From contig DATNBZ010000069.1 in NCBI GenBank assembly GCA_035607285.1, positions 10,182-74,181 on the forward strand: a stretch of DNA of 64,000 bases, read 5' to 3'. The DNA comes from Blastocatellia bacterium. Lineage in GTDB: Bacteria; Acidobacteriota; Blastocatellia; UBA7656. Shown piece after piece: positions 1-10,363 of this stretch; the stretch's first letter is position 1, and every line of letters starts with the position of its first letter. The notes beneath the pieces were generated by a model that saw nothing but the letters and a program-made list of their open reading frames with translations, had not been told where the DNA came from and searched no databases. The translations under genes and the position numbers were made by a program.

Positions 1-234
1 ATATCCGATTGTTGATTCCGCCTCCCGAGGTAAAGAAGGCACAAACCCTACCGAGTGCAACTAATTGATTCCTTTCCGGCGAAGGCCGGCGGCCCTACCG
101 TAACGAAACCCGTATCCAGTCCAGGGGGAAACCAGATTGACGAAACATTGGATCAAATCTACTGCAACCTCAGTGCACAATAATAAACGCTGATTCGGAG
201 GAGCGCCACTAAACCATGATGCAGAGTTTGCTCG

Positions 235-358
235 GGGGGTGATTAAGAGCCGGACTTCTCACGTAGTAACGAATTTGTCCGTTTCTGAGAATCCCAACGA
301 ATAAATTCGTTACTACTTGGGCGTTATCCGTTGAAAGTCCCACTTTTTGATCACACCC
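235..358. mobile_element. MITE-like element copy 1, 124 bp. Terminal inverted repeats are GGGGGTGATTAAGAGCCGGACTT and AAGTCCCACTTTTTGATCACACCC. It is flanked by a perfect 8-bp direct repeat TTTGCTCG at 227-234 and 359-366.
   Basis: Read directly: the termini are reverse-complementary, the internal hairpin is GTAGTAACGAATTT...AAATTCGTTACTAC, and the flanking 8-mer is identical on both sides. The same termini recur at 1187-1498 and 60821-61112. Confidence 0.55.
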
Positions 359-433
359 TTTGCTCGCTGGAACGCCGCGTCGCTTTCGGCCTGCACAATT
401 GACGCCGACATTGAGGGAAGTATCCCGCACGAA

Positions 434-1090
434 TTATTCGTGACGGATTCGGAGCCAGAACTGGCTGTCGCAGTCCATTCCGGATAGTTCCTCCACTTTA
501 AGCGCGCGCCGTTTGCACTGCTCAACAATCCATGTCAATGAGTGCTTTATTACACCGGGCGTATCCGACTCGTGGCTTGTGCCGATCCAGTCATTGCCCT
601 TGTAATCCTCCTCCGAGGACCGGGCCGGGAGATAGGAGGTGAGAAAGATACTCGAAGGATTCGAATCGCGAATAAACGAATCGAGCATAGCTGCGATTTG
701 GGGCTTGCTTGCATGTGTCCAGATCGATCTTGCGAGGAAGAAATCGAACCGGGCGCCGAAGACGGAAGAGTCGAAGCGCGGGTTGAAATCGAACCGTGGC
801 TCCTTGAGAGTCACTTCCTCGGGCGTGAAAAGATATCGTAGTCCGTACTCAACCCGCTGCCGCGCCGGTTCGATCCCGTGATAGCAACCGGGGTCGAGAA
901 ATCTTACGAGCCAATAAGCAATGCGTAGGCATCCGCAGCCAATCTCGAGTATTTCCGATTCGGGGTTCAACCCTTCGCCGAGTAAAGCAATCAGTTGTTC
1001 GCGCCCCGCTTGCTCGAACGTCTCGACGGGAACCCCCAGAAAACCGTGCTGGGATATCATTTCTTCCGCGAGCTTCTGAACTCTGGACAT
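434..1090 (-). CDS. Class I SAM-dependent methyltransferase
   Basis: 218-aa ORF with the glycine-rich SAM-binding motif LEIGCGCLRIAYWL and downstream Rossmann-like pattern. Confidence 0.7.
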   Translation of the reverse strand: MSRVQKLAEEMISQHGFLGVPVETFEQAGREQLIALLGEGLNPESEILEIGCGCLRIAYWLVRFLDPGCYHGIEPARQRVEYGLRYLFTPEEVTLKEPRFDFNPRFDSSVFGARFDFFLARSIWTHASKPQIAAMLDSFIRDSNPSSIFLTSYLPARSSEEDYKGNDWIGTSHESDTPGVIKHSLTWIVEQCKRRALKVEELSGMDCDSQFWLRIRHE

Positions 1091-1186
1091 AAACCATTCC
1101 CGTCAATAAAGCGTTCCGGAGATGTGTTAAATAAGAAGGCTAACTGCCGACTGCTATTCTATATCAGACGCATCACAGTTTAACGA

Positions 1187-1498
1187 GGCGTGATTAAGAG
1201 CCGGACTTGGGTGGGACGTAAGTCACCCGGAACTCAGCGCGGGGAATCGAGCGTTCCGCCCGGCAACCCCGTAGGGGTGCGATGTTTATAGTTACGGACG
1301 CCGACCCGGACTTCCTAGCTCCGTTAGATGCGGCATACAAGCTGAGCGCAGGGACATTTCACCCCTACGGGGTTCGCAACCTATGGAGCTCGTACTATAG
1401 ACATTCTACCCCTACGGGGTTCCAGGGAATTCTCAGGACCTTCCTCCGGCGAAGAGTCGCGGGCGATTACCGGCTCAAGTCCCGCTTTGATCACACCC
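1187..1498. mobile_element. MITE-like element copy 2, 312 bp. It has the same terminal inverted repeats (GGCGTGATTAAGAGCCGGACTT ... AAGTCCCGCTTTGATCACACCC) and a conserved structured core with three CCCC-NNN-GGGG hairpins.
   Basis: The termini match copy 1. The internal segments ATCGAGCGTTCCGCCCGGCAACCCCGTAGGGGTGCGATGTTTATAG, CACCCCTACGGGGTT and TACCCCTACGGGGTT are shared nearly verbatim with the copy at 60821-61112. Flanks TTTAACGA and GTTAAAGA form a degenerate 8-bp duplication. Confidence 0.5.
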
Positions 1499-1564
1499 GT
1501 TAAAGAGTTTGGCGGGGCCGCGCCTTTGTCGCTGATCTGTCAGCCATAGTATTCTCTCCAACAC

Positions 1565-2956
1565 ATGAAACTCTGGGGCGGAAGATTCAAAGGCGAAGCC
1601 GATGCCGAGTTCGCGCGGTTCAACTCGTCATTTTCCTTCGATCGGCGATTGATTGAAGCCGACATCGAGGGAAGCCTCGCCCACGCCGAAGCGCTCGTCG
1701 CCGCTGGAATCCTCAGCCAGGAAGAAGCGCGCAGGATCGCCTGGGCTCTCAAGGAGATTCTCAGTCGCGCGCGCGCCGATAAAAGCCGCCTCCTGGGTTC
1801 GAAGGACGGCGGCGATGCGGAAGATGTGCACAGCTTTGTAGAAGCCGAGCTCGTGGCCGCGATCGGCGATGTCGGTTACAAATTGCACACGGGCCGCAGC
1901 CGCAACGATCAGGTTGCGACGGATCTGAGGCTGTTTTTGCGCGCCGAAATAGACGCGTCCCGCGAGTTGATTCGCGACCTTCAGCGAGCGTCGATCGAGC
2001 TGGCTGAAAAGTATCCCGATTGTGTGATCCCGGGCTACACCCACCTGCAGCGCGCGCAGCCGATCTTGTTCGCGCACTACTTGCTAGCCTATTACCAGAT
2101 GATGAAACGCGACCGCGAGCGTCTTGAACAGATGCGCCGGCGCGTCAATGTGTCGCCCCTGGGAGCAGGCGCTCTCGCGGGTACGGGGTTTCCACTCGAT
2201 CGCGAATTGATAGCGCGCCGGCTTGGCTTTGATGGAGTATGCGACAACAGCGTCGATGCGGTAAGCGATCGTGATTTCGTGATCGAGTTCATCGGCGCGG
2301 CCGCGATCGCAATGGTGCATCTCAGCCGGCTTGCCGAAGACCTGATCATCTACTCTACAACCGAGTTTGGCTTTATCGAGCTTTCGGATGCCGTTTCGAC
2401 CGGGTCGTCGCTGATGCCCCAGAAGAAGAACCCTGATTCGCTGGAGTTGATTCGCGGGAAGGCCGGTCGAGTGTTTGGTCATCACGCCGCGATGCTCGCG
2501 ACGATGAAGGGACTGCCGCTGGCCTACAACAAGGACATGCAGGAAGACAAGGAAGCGCTGTTCGACACCATCGACACGTTGAGCGGCTCGCTGAGGGTGA
2601 TGGCAACTGTGCTTCGAAACATCAAGGTGAACAGTGAAGCTGCCAGGCAAGCCGCATCGACTGGCTATCTGAACGCGACGGACCTGGCGGACTACCTTGT
2701 GCGAAAAGGCCTCGAGTTTAGAAAGGCTCACGAGCTTGTCGGGCGCGTCGTAACGCAGGCGATCGAGCAAAGCAAGCCGCTGGAAGGGATCACCCTGGAG
2801 GAATACCGGGGATTCTCAGATCTGTTCGGTGATGATCTTTACGCGTCACTGAGCCTGGAGTCTTCGCTTGGCAGTAAATCGGCGATCGGGGGAACGTCGG
2901 CAGATCGTGTGGGCCAGTCATTAGTAAACGCTCGCAAAGAAATAGACCACGGATGA
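1565..2956 (+). CDS. argH: Argininosuccinate lyase
   Basis: 463-aa ORF with the N-terminal MKLWGGRF motif and the lyase class I signature region GSSLMPQKKNPD. Confidence 0.95.
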   Translation: MKLWGGRFKGEADAEFARFNSSFSFDRRLIEADIEGSLAHAEALVAAGILSQEEARRIAWALKEILSRARADKSRLLGSKDGGDAEDVHSFVEAELVAAIGDVGYKLHTGRSRNDQVATDLRLFLRAEIDASRELIRDLQRASIELAEKYPDCVIPGYTHLQRAQPILFAHYLLAYYQMMKRDRERLEQMRRRVNVSPLGAGALAGTGFPLDRELIARRLGFDGVCDNSVDAVSDRDFVIEFIGAAAIAMVHLSRLAEDLIIYSTTEFGFIELSDAVSTGSSLMPQKKNPDSLELIRGKAGRVFGHHAAMLATMKGLPLAYNKDMQEDKEALFDTIDTLSGSLRVMATVLRNIKVNSEAARQAASTGYLNATDLADYLVRKGLEFRKAHELVGRVVTQAIEQSKPLEGITLEEYRGFSDLFGDDLYASLSLESSLGSKSAIGGTSADRVGQSLVNARKEIDHG

Positions 2957-2990
2957 CACGGATTTAACGGATGGGCACGGATCGTTCTAC

Positions 2991-3560
2991 ATGGCGTCAG
3001 CCTCGAAGCGGAGTGAACCCTACGTTGAGATTGACGTACGGCAAAGCCATCATATAATCAGCCGCAGTTTACGAAACCGGGGGATGACGCTTATCACGAA
3101 AGCTGACTGGAAACTTCATGGGGTTCGCATCGTTCATTCCGAAGACCTCGATGCCAACACTCCTCAAACTCCGGGAATGAATCGAGCCGCGGCGATCACT
3201 CACGCGCGAGCCGGCGCCTCGAAGCTCTGGGCCGGCACTGTAAGCATTCATCCCAACGCAAAGACCGGAGCGCATCATCACGGCGAACTCGAAAGTGTAA
3301 TCTACGTCGTAAAAGGCAAGGCCCGCATGCGGTGGGGCGATCGACTGGAATTCACCGCTGAAGCCGGAGCCGGCGACTTCATCTACGTGCCGCCTTTTGT
3401 TCCTCATCAGGAGATCAACGCCAGCACCGATGAGCCGCTCGAATGCGTGCTCGTGCGAAGCGGGCAGGAACCAATCGTAGTCAATCTCGACATTCCGACC
3501 GTCGAGCCGCCTGAAGAGGTTCGATGGATCGACGATGTGCATCCGAAGGCGCCACAATGA
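2991..3560 (+). CDS. Cupin-domain protein. The start is uncertain; an internal Met at 3084 is possible.
   Basis: Two-His cupin motifs (GAHHHGELESVIYVVKG ... DFIYVPPFVPHQ). Confidence 0.6.
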   Translation: MASASKRSEPYVEIDVRQSHHIISRSLRNRGMTLITKADWKLHGVRIVHSEDLDANTPQTPGMNRAAAITHARAGASKLWAGTVSIHPNAKTGAHHHGELESVIYVVKGKARMRWGDRLEFTAEAGAGDFIYVPPFVPHQEINASTDEPLECVLVRSGQEPIVVNLDIPTVEPPEEVRWIDDVHPKAPQ

Positions 3561-3580
3561 AAGCGCAGTTGACGAAGAGC

Positions 3581-3732
3581 GGGTTCAGGGTTCTGTTTGC
3601 GAGCTTTGCGGTCCTTTGCGAGCTTTGCGCTAAAGGAACCTGAAAATACATTAGCGCAAAGCTCGCCAAGGACCGCAAAGTTCGCCAAGGAGCGCACCCG
3701 TTCGCCAAGGACCGCAAAGCTCGCAGAGAATA
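3581..3732. repeat. Family-A heptamer palindrome (CTTTGCG-type arms), a terminator-like inverted repeat between convergent genes.
   Basis: Arms TGCGAGCTTTGCGGTCCTTTGCGAGCTTTGCGC and GCGCAAAGCTCGCCAAGGACCGCAAAG are reverse-complementary. Confidence 0.7.
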
Positions 3733-3754
3733 CCTTGAACGCGGAAACCGCCAC

Positions 3755-4210
3755 TCACTTGTCGAGCGGGACGCTGACCACCGGCGTGTCCCAGTGCCCA
3801 AGCAGAATCTCGAACCTCCGCTGCTCTTCGCGTTTGTAAGTCTCCTGATCCGGATACAGCTTTTTGATGATCGGCTCTTCGCTCGCCTGGTCCGATGCCG
3901 CAGCCATATTCCTGAAGACTATCGTCACGCGATAATCCCAGCGCCCTTCTTCCGTCGCGTGATAACGCGGCTTCACGCAGGTTACGCTGAGTATCCGCCC
4001 CGTCTCCATCTGTTTCTTGAGTATCGGGTAGTGGTTCTTCAGGAATAGCCGTATGAACTCGTCGGCATATCCCCACCTGGCCTTGTAGTAGTAGTCCGCG
4101 GCGAACGGTTCGTCCACGGTTTTTGTCTGGCTGTTCACTGTTCCCCCGGCGCACACAAGAACGAGCCCGATCACAATAACCGCCATCGCGTTGCTAAGTC
4201 TGTGAGTCAT
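3755..4210 (-). CDS. Secreted hypothetical protein with a signal peptide, about 18 nt downstream of the second kinase gene.
   Basis: 151-aa ORF with hydrophobic N-terminus MAVIVIGLVLVCAGG and GGAGGA upstream of the ATG. Confidence 0.55.
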   Translation of the reverse strand: MTHRLSNAMAVIVIGLVLVCAGGTVNSQTKTVDEPFAADYYYKARWGYADEFIRLFLKNHYPILKKQMETGRILSVTCVKPRYHATEEGRWDYRVTIVFRNMAAASDQASEEPIIKKLYPDQETYKREEQRRFEILLGHWDTPVVSVPLDK

Positions 4211-4228
4211 GCATTCCTCCAGTGAGCG

Positions 4229-7200
4229 TTATCTGAAATCACTTATCAGGACTACGTCCGAAGTCTGAGCGCCACGCGCACATGCGAGCCGGCCATCACG
4301 AGACCAGTCCCAGGAAAACATTAGATCAGATTTGAAGTTGGTTAACTGTACCGGTGTGCCGCCCGCCAGCGGCTGGCCCCAAAGGTTTGAGACTCCCTGG
4401 TGAGTGTCGATGTAAGTCAAATACCGTCCGTCAGCAGTCCATCGAAGCTCGCGCCATGCGTTGATGGTCATGGTGTCGAAGACATGAGCCGGTTTCCCAT
4501 CTTCAAAGGAGAGGGCTGCGATGCGCAGTTGCCAGTCCGAACCCGGGGGTATGAAGTTACATGCGATCAGCTTTCCGTCAGGCGAAACGGAAGGCCGTTG
4601 CACCACGTCGTTCGCGCTGGTCACCTGGACCGGGACGCCGCCCTCGATAGGCGTCTTCCACAAAAGATGATTTCCGCCGGACTCCAACTGGAAGATCACC
4701 CACTTACCATCAGCGGAGCAGCTTGGAAACCAGCCTCCGTCAAAGTTCACTTGTGTAGGATTGTTTCCATCCGGGTCGATTCTCCAAATGTCGCTTCTGC
4801 CGGCTCGGTCGGAACCAAAGACGATGTAGCGGCCATCAGGCGAGACAGACGGATTGACGTTAGAGCCGGCGTCTGAAGTCAGTTGTTTTTGAGCAGTCCC
4901 GTCCGGGTTCATTATCCACAAGTCGAGCCGGCCGCTTGCCAGCGAGTGATACACGATCCTGCCGTCGGGCGTCCAACAAACGCCTCCCCCGTTATCCGCT
5001 CGGCCGGCGCCGGTTGGATTGTGCACGAACACACCCGCTCCGTATCTCCCGCCCCCGGACGTAATTTGTTTTGCACGAACGGCATCACCGCCGGGCGCAA
5101 CCCAGATGTTTGACACTTGATCGCTCTGCACGGTAACCAGGGCCTTTGAATCGGCGGTGAGGCTTATGTTGTTATAACCGTTCAGGTCGTTTGTAATCCT
5201 CCGCGCCTCACCGCTCGGATAAGCGAGGTGCCAGATCTGCGGCTGGCTTGAAGCTTTGTCTGACCCGGGAACCAGCAAACCGTTGCCATCCGGCAGCCAG
5301 GCGATTCGTCCGACGTTAAACCATTTCTGAGACTTGATCGGTTTCTCGGCCCCGCCCGATGTGGGAGCTTCTACGATGCTGAAACTGCCGTCCTGGAAGT
5401 TCTGAACGGTGAAAGCGATCACGCGGCCGTCAGGCGACCACGCCGAATCGTAAATGATCTCGGGCGTCCAACGCGAAGTAATCTTTCTTTCGCTGCTTCC
5501 GTCGGAGTTCATGACTAAGAGCAACTTCTCCGAGCGAGGCCCCTCTCCCCGGCCGGGTCTCCATCGAGCGAAAGCGATCTGCTTGCCGTCAGGAGAAAAC
5601 GTGAGACCGCCGTGCACTCTTTCTGTGATCTTCTTTGGGGCGCCGCCCAGCACCGGCATTTGATAAAGCGTGCTGTCCGGGAGACCTTCCTCTTGTTTGA
5701 CGTAGTAGACGTAATTCCCGTCGGGCGAAAAGATCAGCCCGTTGTATTGCGCGCCGCTGGCCGGTGCTATCAACACGCTGCTTGAAGTGGCGACCTGGCG
5801 CATCCAGATGTTCTGACCGGCTGCATCATTCATCACGAACGCCACGTATTTGCCGTCGGGCGATATTGCGGCTTCGGTGACACGGCCGGTCGTGGTGAGC
5901 CTGGCTACATTCATCGTTTGAAACGGCGCGGCGAGCTTATCCTGGCCAACAAATCGGTACAAACCATAGCCCACCGCGCCGATTAGAAGAATCACCGTTA
6001 ACAGCGCAATGGCCGCGCCGGTTTTGTGACGCTTGATTTCACTCAGGATTATCTCGGCGCTTGACGTAGTCCTGGGCGCCGGGCTGCCGGCGGTGTCCAG
6101 TGCAGGCGTTCCGCCGGTTCGAGCCGCAGCTTGCCGGCCCTGGGTACCTGCGCCGCGAGCATCGCCGGCGGTGGAATGCGCTGAAGGCCTGAGCTTTGAT
6201 TCGATCTCCAGTTCCTGCTTGAGGCTGCGCAGGTCGACCATGAAGTCGCGAACGCTTTGGTAGCGTTCCTCTCTGTCCTTCCGCAGGGCCTTGCTGACGA
6301 TTCGCTGAAGCTCAGCCGGAACGCGCTCAACATATCGCTCCAACTGCTCGGGCTCCGTCTTGAGTATCGAAGCGATAACGTCGCTTGTGGTCTCGCCCTG
6401 AAACGGCAGATGGCCCGTGACCATTTCGTAGAGCACCACGCCGAGACTGAAGATGTCTGTCCTCCCATCGACCGGGTGGCCGCGCGCCTGTTCGGGCGAC
6501 ATGTAATAAGCCGTACCGACGATCGTGCCTGGATCGGTCTGCAGCTTCATCACCGTCAGCGCCGTCTCGCTTGCGGGCGTTCGACTCTCCGTAAGCTTGG
6601 CCAGTCCGAAATCCAACACCTTCACGTAACGGTCGGGCCGCAGCATGATGTTTTCCGGTTTTATGTCCCGGTGAACTATCCCGGCGGCGTGCGCTGCCGC
6701 CAGCGCGCTCGAGGCCTGGGCGCATGCGTCGAGCACCTCGACGAGGCTCGAGCTTCGGCGCCGCATCAACGAGCGAAGCGTTTCGCCTTCGACGTATTCG
6801 GTGGCGATGAAGTGGATGCCGTCTATCTCTCCGACATCGAAAATGGTGAGAATGTTTGGATGATTCAATGCTGAAGCCGAGCGCGCCTCCATCTCGAATC
6901 GGCGCAGCCTGTCCGGGTCGCGGGTGTAAAAAGCCGGGAGCAGCTTGAGCGCGACGCGACGACCCAACCGGCGGTCCTGGGCGAGGTAGACTTCGCCCAT
7001 CCCTCCCACTCCGAGCACCTCGGTAATCTTGTAAGCCCCAAGCTCTCTTCCTATAAGAGATTCGCTCTCGCCATTGATCACAAGCTCGGCGGCCGCTTCG
7101 AAGACGGGCGCCTCGATGAAGCTGCCGGCTTTATCGTGAGAGTCGATCAACGCCTCGACTTCGCGGCGCAACGAACGATCTCCCTTGCATGCCTCATCGA

Positions 7201-7282
7201 GAAACGCCGCGCGCTCCGCCTGGCCGCGATCGAGCGCAGCCTGAAAAATGCCGTCGATTTGTTTCCAGCGTTCGGCCTTCAA
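4229..7282 (-). CDS. Ser/Thr protein kinase with C-terminal TolB/WD40-like beta-propeller repeats (paralog 2).
   Basis: 1017 aa. Hanks kinase motifs are present (GVGGMGEVYLA, VALKLL, HRDIKPENIM, DFGLAK, SPEQ), followed by a transmembrane helix and repeated SPDG/TPDG propeller blades. Confidence 0.9.
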   Translation of the reverse strand: MKAERWKQIDGIFQAALDRGQAERAAFLDEACKGDRSLRREVEALIDSHDKAGSFIEAPVFEAAAELVINGESESLIGRELGAYKITEVLGVGGMGEVYLAQDRRLGRRVALKLLPAFYTRDPDRLRRFEMEARSASALNHPNILTIFDVGEIDGIHFIATEYVEGETLRSLMRRRSSSLVEVLDACAQASSALAAAHAAGIVHRDIKPENIMLRPDRYVKVLDFGLAKLTESRTPASETALTVMKLQTDPGTIVGTAYYMSPEQARGHPVDGRTDIFSLGVVLYEMVTGHLPFQGETTSDVIASILKTEPEQLERYVERVPAELQRIVSKALRKDREERYQSVRDFMVDLRSLKQELEIESKLRPSAHSTAGDARGAGTQGRQAAARTGGTPALDTAGSPAPRTTSSAEIILSEIKRHKTGAAIALLTVILLIGAVGYGLYRFVGQDKLAAPFQTMNVARLTTTGRVTEAAISPDGKYVAFVMNDAAGQNIWMRQVATSSSVLIAPASGAQYNGLIFSPDGNYVYYVKQEEGLPDSTLYQMPVLGGAPKKITERVHGGLTFSPDGKQIAFARWRPGRGEGPRSEKLLLVMNSDGSSERKITSRWTPEIIYDSAWSPDGRVIAFTVQNFQDGSFSIVEAPTSGGAEKPIKSQKWFNVGRIAWLPDGNGLLVPGSDKASSQPQIWHLAYPSGEARRITNDLNGYNNISLTADSKALVTVQSDQVSNIWVAPGGDAVRAKQITSGGGRYGAGVFVHNPTGAGRADNGGGVCWTPDGRIVYHSLASGRLDLWIMNPDGTAQKQLTSDAGSNVNPSVSPDGRYIVFGSDRAGRSDIWRIDPDGNNPTQVNFDGGWFPSCSADGKWVIFQLESGGNHLLWKTPIEGGVPVQVTSANDVVQRPSVSPDGKLIACNFIPPGSDWQLRIAALSFEDGKPAHVFDTMTINAWRELRWTADGRYLTYIDTHQGVSNLWGQPLAGGTPVQLTNFKSDLMFSWDWSRDGRLACARGAQTSDVVLISDFR

Positions 7283-7304
7283 TGAACGTCCTTGACGCTA
7301 CCGA

Positions 7305-10300
7305 TTATCTGAAGCCGCCAATCAAGACCACATCGCTGGCGATGCTTCCGCGCGCCACAGCCAGTTGTTTGCCGTCACGCGACCAGGCGTGACTAAATAT
7401 TTGATCGGTCCTGAAGTTGGTCAACTGCTTCGGCGCGCCGCCGTCGATCGGATATGACCATATATTAGAAATGCTGTCGCGCAAGTCCGTGTATGTCAGC
7501 GCACGCCCGTCAGGCATCCAGTGAACCACTTGTTCAAGAGGCTGCGGCAGGTCAAAAACCTTTGTACGCTGCCCGCCTTCAACCGTTATAAGGGCGAATC
7601 TCTGACGCTTTGGCGTTGCCTGCTCATCCACGAATCTAAAGACAATCTGTTTTCCATCCGGAGATGGGGCGGGTCTGGCCGAAGAGTAGTCCGTGAGCCG
7701 AATTGGATTGCCGCCATCGATAGAGACCTTCCACAACTGGCTTACGCCCGTTTCGGTGCCTGAGTAAACCACCCATTGACCATCGGGGGTTATCTCCGCG
7801 TTCTGAGCGCTGGCTACGCCGGTCAATTGTTTCGGATTGCTGCCGTCCAGCTCCATTCTCCAAATACAGGAATTGCCTGTGCGATTCGAAGAAAAAACGA
7901 TATAGCGTCCGTCAGGGGAAACCGTTGGTCCAAGGCTCGCACGCTCATCAGCAGTCAATTGTTTCTGGCCTGTCCCATCCTTATTCACGATCCATATGTT
8001 CACGACGCTTCGCGTTCTGCTCGTGTAGATAATTCTGCCGTCAGGGGTCCAACATAAGCCGGACAAACCATCTGAGTTGTTCGATGTAATCTGGGTGGCG
8101 CGGCTTGCATCACCTGCGGGCGCTATCCATATGTTTGAGTTTTGCTGGGTCTGCACTGTGCCCAAAGCATTGGAGTCTGCGGTCAGGCTGATGCCGCCAT
8201 AATCATTCGTGTCATTTGTGATCCTTCGTACCTGGCCGCCGGGATAGGAAACATGCCAGATTTGCTGTGACGGATACGACTCTTTGTCGGAAGCGGCGAC
8301 GATCAAGCCGCTTCCATCCGAAAGCCATGCCAACTGACCGGCCGAACGCCACTGCTGATGGGTGATCTGCTGTTCGGTGTGATCTTTAATCCGGACCGTC
8401 ATCACATTCCAGTGGCTGCCGGAGGCGTCGCCGATTCTTAACGCATAGGCAATCCTCTCCCCATCGGGCGACCAGGATGGGCCCCAGGCTTTCTTTGATG
8501 TGGAATAGATGTCACGCTGGCTATGCGTAACCAGAGCTTGCTCTCCTGTGCCATCAACGTTCGAGGTCGCTACGACTCCTTCGTCGCGCTGCGGATAACC
8601 GCGCATGTAGACTAGTTGTTGGCCGTCGGGAGAAACACTGATGGCTCCATCCACATCCCTGGCCAGCATTTTTACCGAGCCGCCAAGGACCGGCACTCGA
8701 TACATCGCATTCTCGACCGATTCCCACCTTAGAAAGTAAATGTAATTCCCATCCGGAGAGAAGATCAGCGAGTTGTAGTCAACATGATCGGCGGGAACAA
8801 TCTCTGTATCGCTGCCCGTCGCAATATGCCTCAGCCAGAGGCTCTGCTGCCCTTTCCCTCCCAACGCGTGCGCCACATATTTCCCGTCTGGTGAGATCGC
8901 CGCACAACTCGCCTTTCCGGTTGTAGTAAGCCTGGTCAGTTTCATGCTGGCGAAGGACTCGGGCGATTGCGGTGCGATTTGTCGCTGGCTGAATAGCCTT
9001 GCTATTCCCATCCCAACTCCGGTAATCAAAATCGCCACGCCAATGAAAACCAGCGCCGCGCCTTTCTTGTGCCGCTTTATCTCGCTGAGGATGACCTCAG
9101 CGCTCGACGTCGTGAGCGCACCACCGTCTCCCGTCTTCTTCGGTGTTTGGCCGTCAGTATCGATGACCGCTTGCGTTCGAGTAGTCGTCCTGGAATCGTC
9201 GATATCCGGCGCTATGACTTGCGCACGCGCGGCTTGAAACTCGAGCTCCTGTTTTAGCCGCCGGAGATCAACCATCATGTCTCTTGCCGTCTGATAGCGG
9301 TCATCCCTGTCTTTCGTCAGCGCTTTTGTGACGATCCATTGCAGAGCCTCGGGAACATCATTCGAATAGCGCGCCAGCGGCGGCGGCTCCTTCGAAATTA
9401 TCAGGGCAATCAATTCGCCGGCAGTCTTGCCTTCAAACGGCGGGCGCGCCGCGATCATTTCGTAGAGTACCATTCCAAGACTGAAGAGATCGGTCCGCGA
9501 GTCGAGCGGCAACCCGCGGGCTTGCTCGGGCGACATATAATTCACTGTTCCCAGAACCGTACCCGGATCGGTATCGACCCGCGCGATGGTGGCCGCTTGA
9601 GTGTTGTCCGCGGCGCCGTGGCTCTCCGAAAGTTTCGCGAGCCCGAAGTCCAGGACCTTAACGAAACCATCGCGTCGCACCATTATGTTCTCCGGCTTTA
9701 TGTCGCGATGAATTATCCCGGCCTGATGCGCGGCCTCGAGCGCATTCGCCACCTGGATCGTTATCTCGAGAGACTCTTTCACGCTGAGGGTCGCGCTTGA
9801 TAGCCGCCGGCGAATTGTTTCCCCATCGATGTACTCCGTCGCCAGGAAACGGATTGAGTCTGCTTGTCCAATCTCGAAGATCGTGATGATGTTTGGATGA
9901 TTCAAGGCTGACGCGGCGCGCGCCTCTTGTTGAAATCTCCGAAGCCGCTGTTCATCCGCGGTGAAGTAATCCGGCAGGAGTTTCAGCGCCACGTTCCGGC
10001 CGAGACGGCGGTCCTGCGCGAGATAAACGTCACCCATCCCGCCCGCCCCGAGCAGTGCGGTGATCCTGTAAGGCCCAAGCTCTCTTCCGATCAGAATTCC
10101 ACCGTGAGCAGTTGCCAGGAGTTCAGGAGCCTGTGCGAAAACGGGAGACTCGATAAAGCTTCCGGCCTTGTCAGAAGAATCGATCAAGGCCTCTACTTCG
10201 CGGCGCAACGAATGATCTCCCTCGCATGCCTCATCGAGAAAAGCCTCGCGCTCCCGCGGGTCGCGTTCGATCGCGGCTTGAAACACCTTGTCGATTTGCT

Positions 10301-10319
10301 GATAGCGTTCAGGAGTCAT
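7305..10319 (-). CDS. Ser/Thr protein kinase with C-terminal TolB/WD40-like beta-propeller repeats (paralog 1).
   Basis: 1004 aa with the same architecture. The N-terminal 60 aa is nearly identical to paralog 2 (…REAFLDEACEGDHSLRREVEALIDSSDKAGSFIESPVF). Confidence 0.9.
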   Translation of the reverse strand: MTPERYQQIDKVFQAAIERDPREREAFLDEACEGDHSLRREVEALIDSSDKAGSFIESPVFAQAPELLATAHGGILIGRELGPYRITALLGAGGMGDVYLAQDRRLGRNVALKLLPDYFTADEQRLRRFQQEARAASALNHPNIITIFEIGQADSIRFLATEYIDGETIRRRLSSATLSVKESLEITIQVANALEAAHQAGIIHRDIKPENIMVRRDGFVKVLDFGLAKLSESHGAADNTQAATIARVDTDPGTVLGTVNYMSPEQARGLPLDSRTDLFSLGMVLYEMIAARPPFEGKTAGELIALIISKEPPPLARYSNDVPEALQWIVTKALTKDRDDRYQTARDMMVDLRRLKQELEFQAARAQVIAPDIDDSRTTTRTQAVIDTDGQTPKKTGDGGALTTSSAEVILSEIKRHKKGAALVFIGVAILITGVGMGIARLFSQRQIAPQSPESFASMKLTRLTTTGKASCAAISPDGKYVAHALGGKGQQSLWLRHIATGSDTEIVPADHVDYNSLIFSPDGNYIYFLRWESVENAMYRVPVLGGSVKMLARDVDGAISVSPDGQQLVYMRGYPQRDEGVVATSNVDGTGEQALVTHSQRDIYSTSKKAWGPSWSPDGERIAYALRIGDASGSHWNVMTVRIKDHTEQQITHQQWRSAGQLAWLSDGSGLIVAASDKESYPSQQIWHVSYPGGQVRRITNDTNDYGGISLTADSNALGTVQTQQNSNIWIAPAGDASRATQITSNNSDGLSGLCWTPDGRIIYTSRTRSVVNIWIVNKDGTGQKQLTADERASLGPTVSPDGRYIVFSSNRTGNSCIWRMELDGSNPKQLTGVASAQNAEITPDGQWVVYSGTETGVSQLWKVSIDGGNPIRLTDYSSARPAPSPDGKQIVFRFVDEQATPKRQRFALITVEGGQRTKVFDLPQPLEQVVHWMPDGRALTYTDLRDSISNIWSYPIDGGAPKQLTNFRTDQIFSHAWSRDGKQLAVARGSIASDVVLIGGFR

Positions 10320-10363
10320 GGAGCTGTGGTGATCACGATATCTGATCTATCTGCTGCCGGCGA

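Noticed and set aside
209-430. 73-aa minus-strand ORF and the 1282-1503 plus-strand ORF inside MITE-like copies
   Set aside because: They lie entirely within the inverted-repeat elements and have no ribosome-binding site. The translation is of palindromic DNA.
6257-6874. 205-aa plus-strand ORF antisense to kinase 2 (likewise 9339-9800 antisense to kinase 1, 53627-55066 antisense to IorB, 20272-21168 antisense to the arg-cluster unknown gene, and 27021-28058 antisense to mazG)
   Set aside because: These are typical high-GC antisense shadow ORFs overlapping strongly supported genes. The sequences are Arg-rich and low-complexity, with no independent support.
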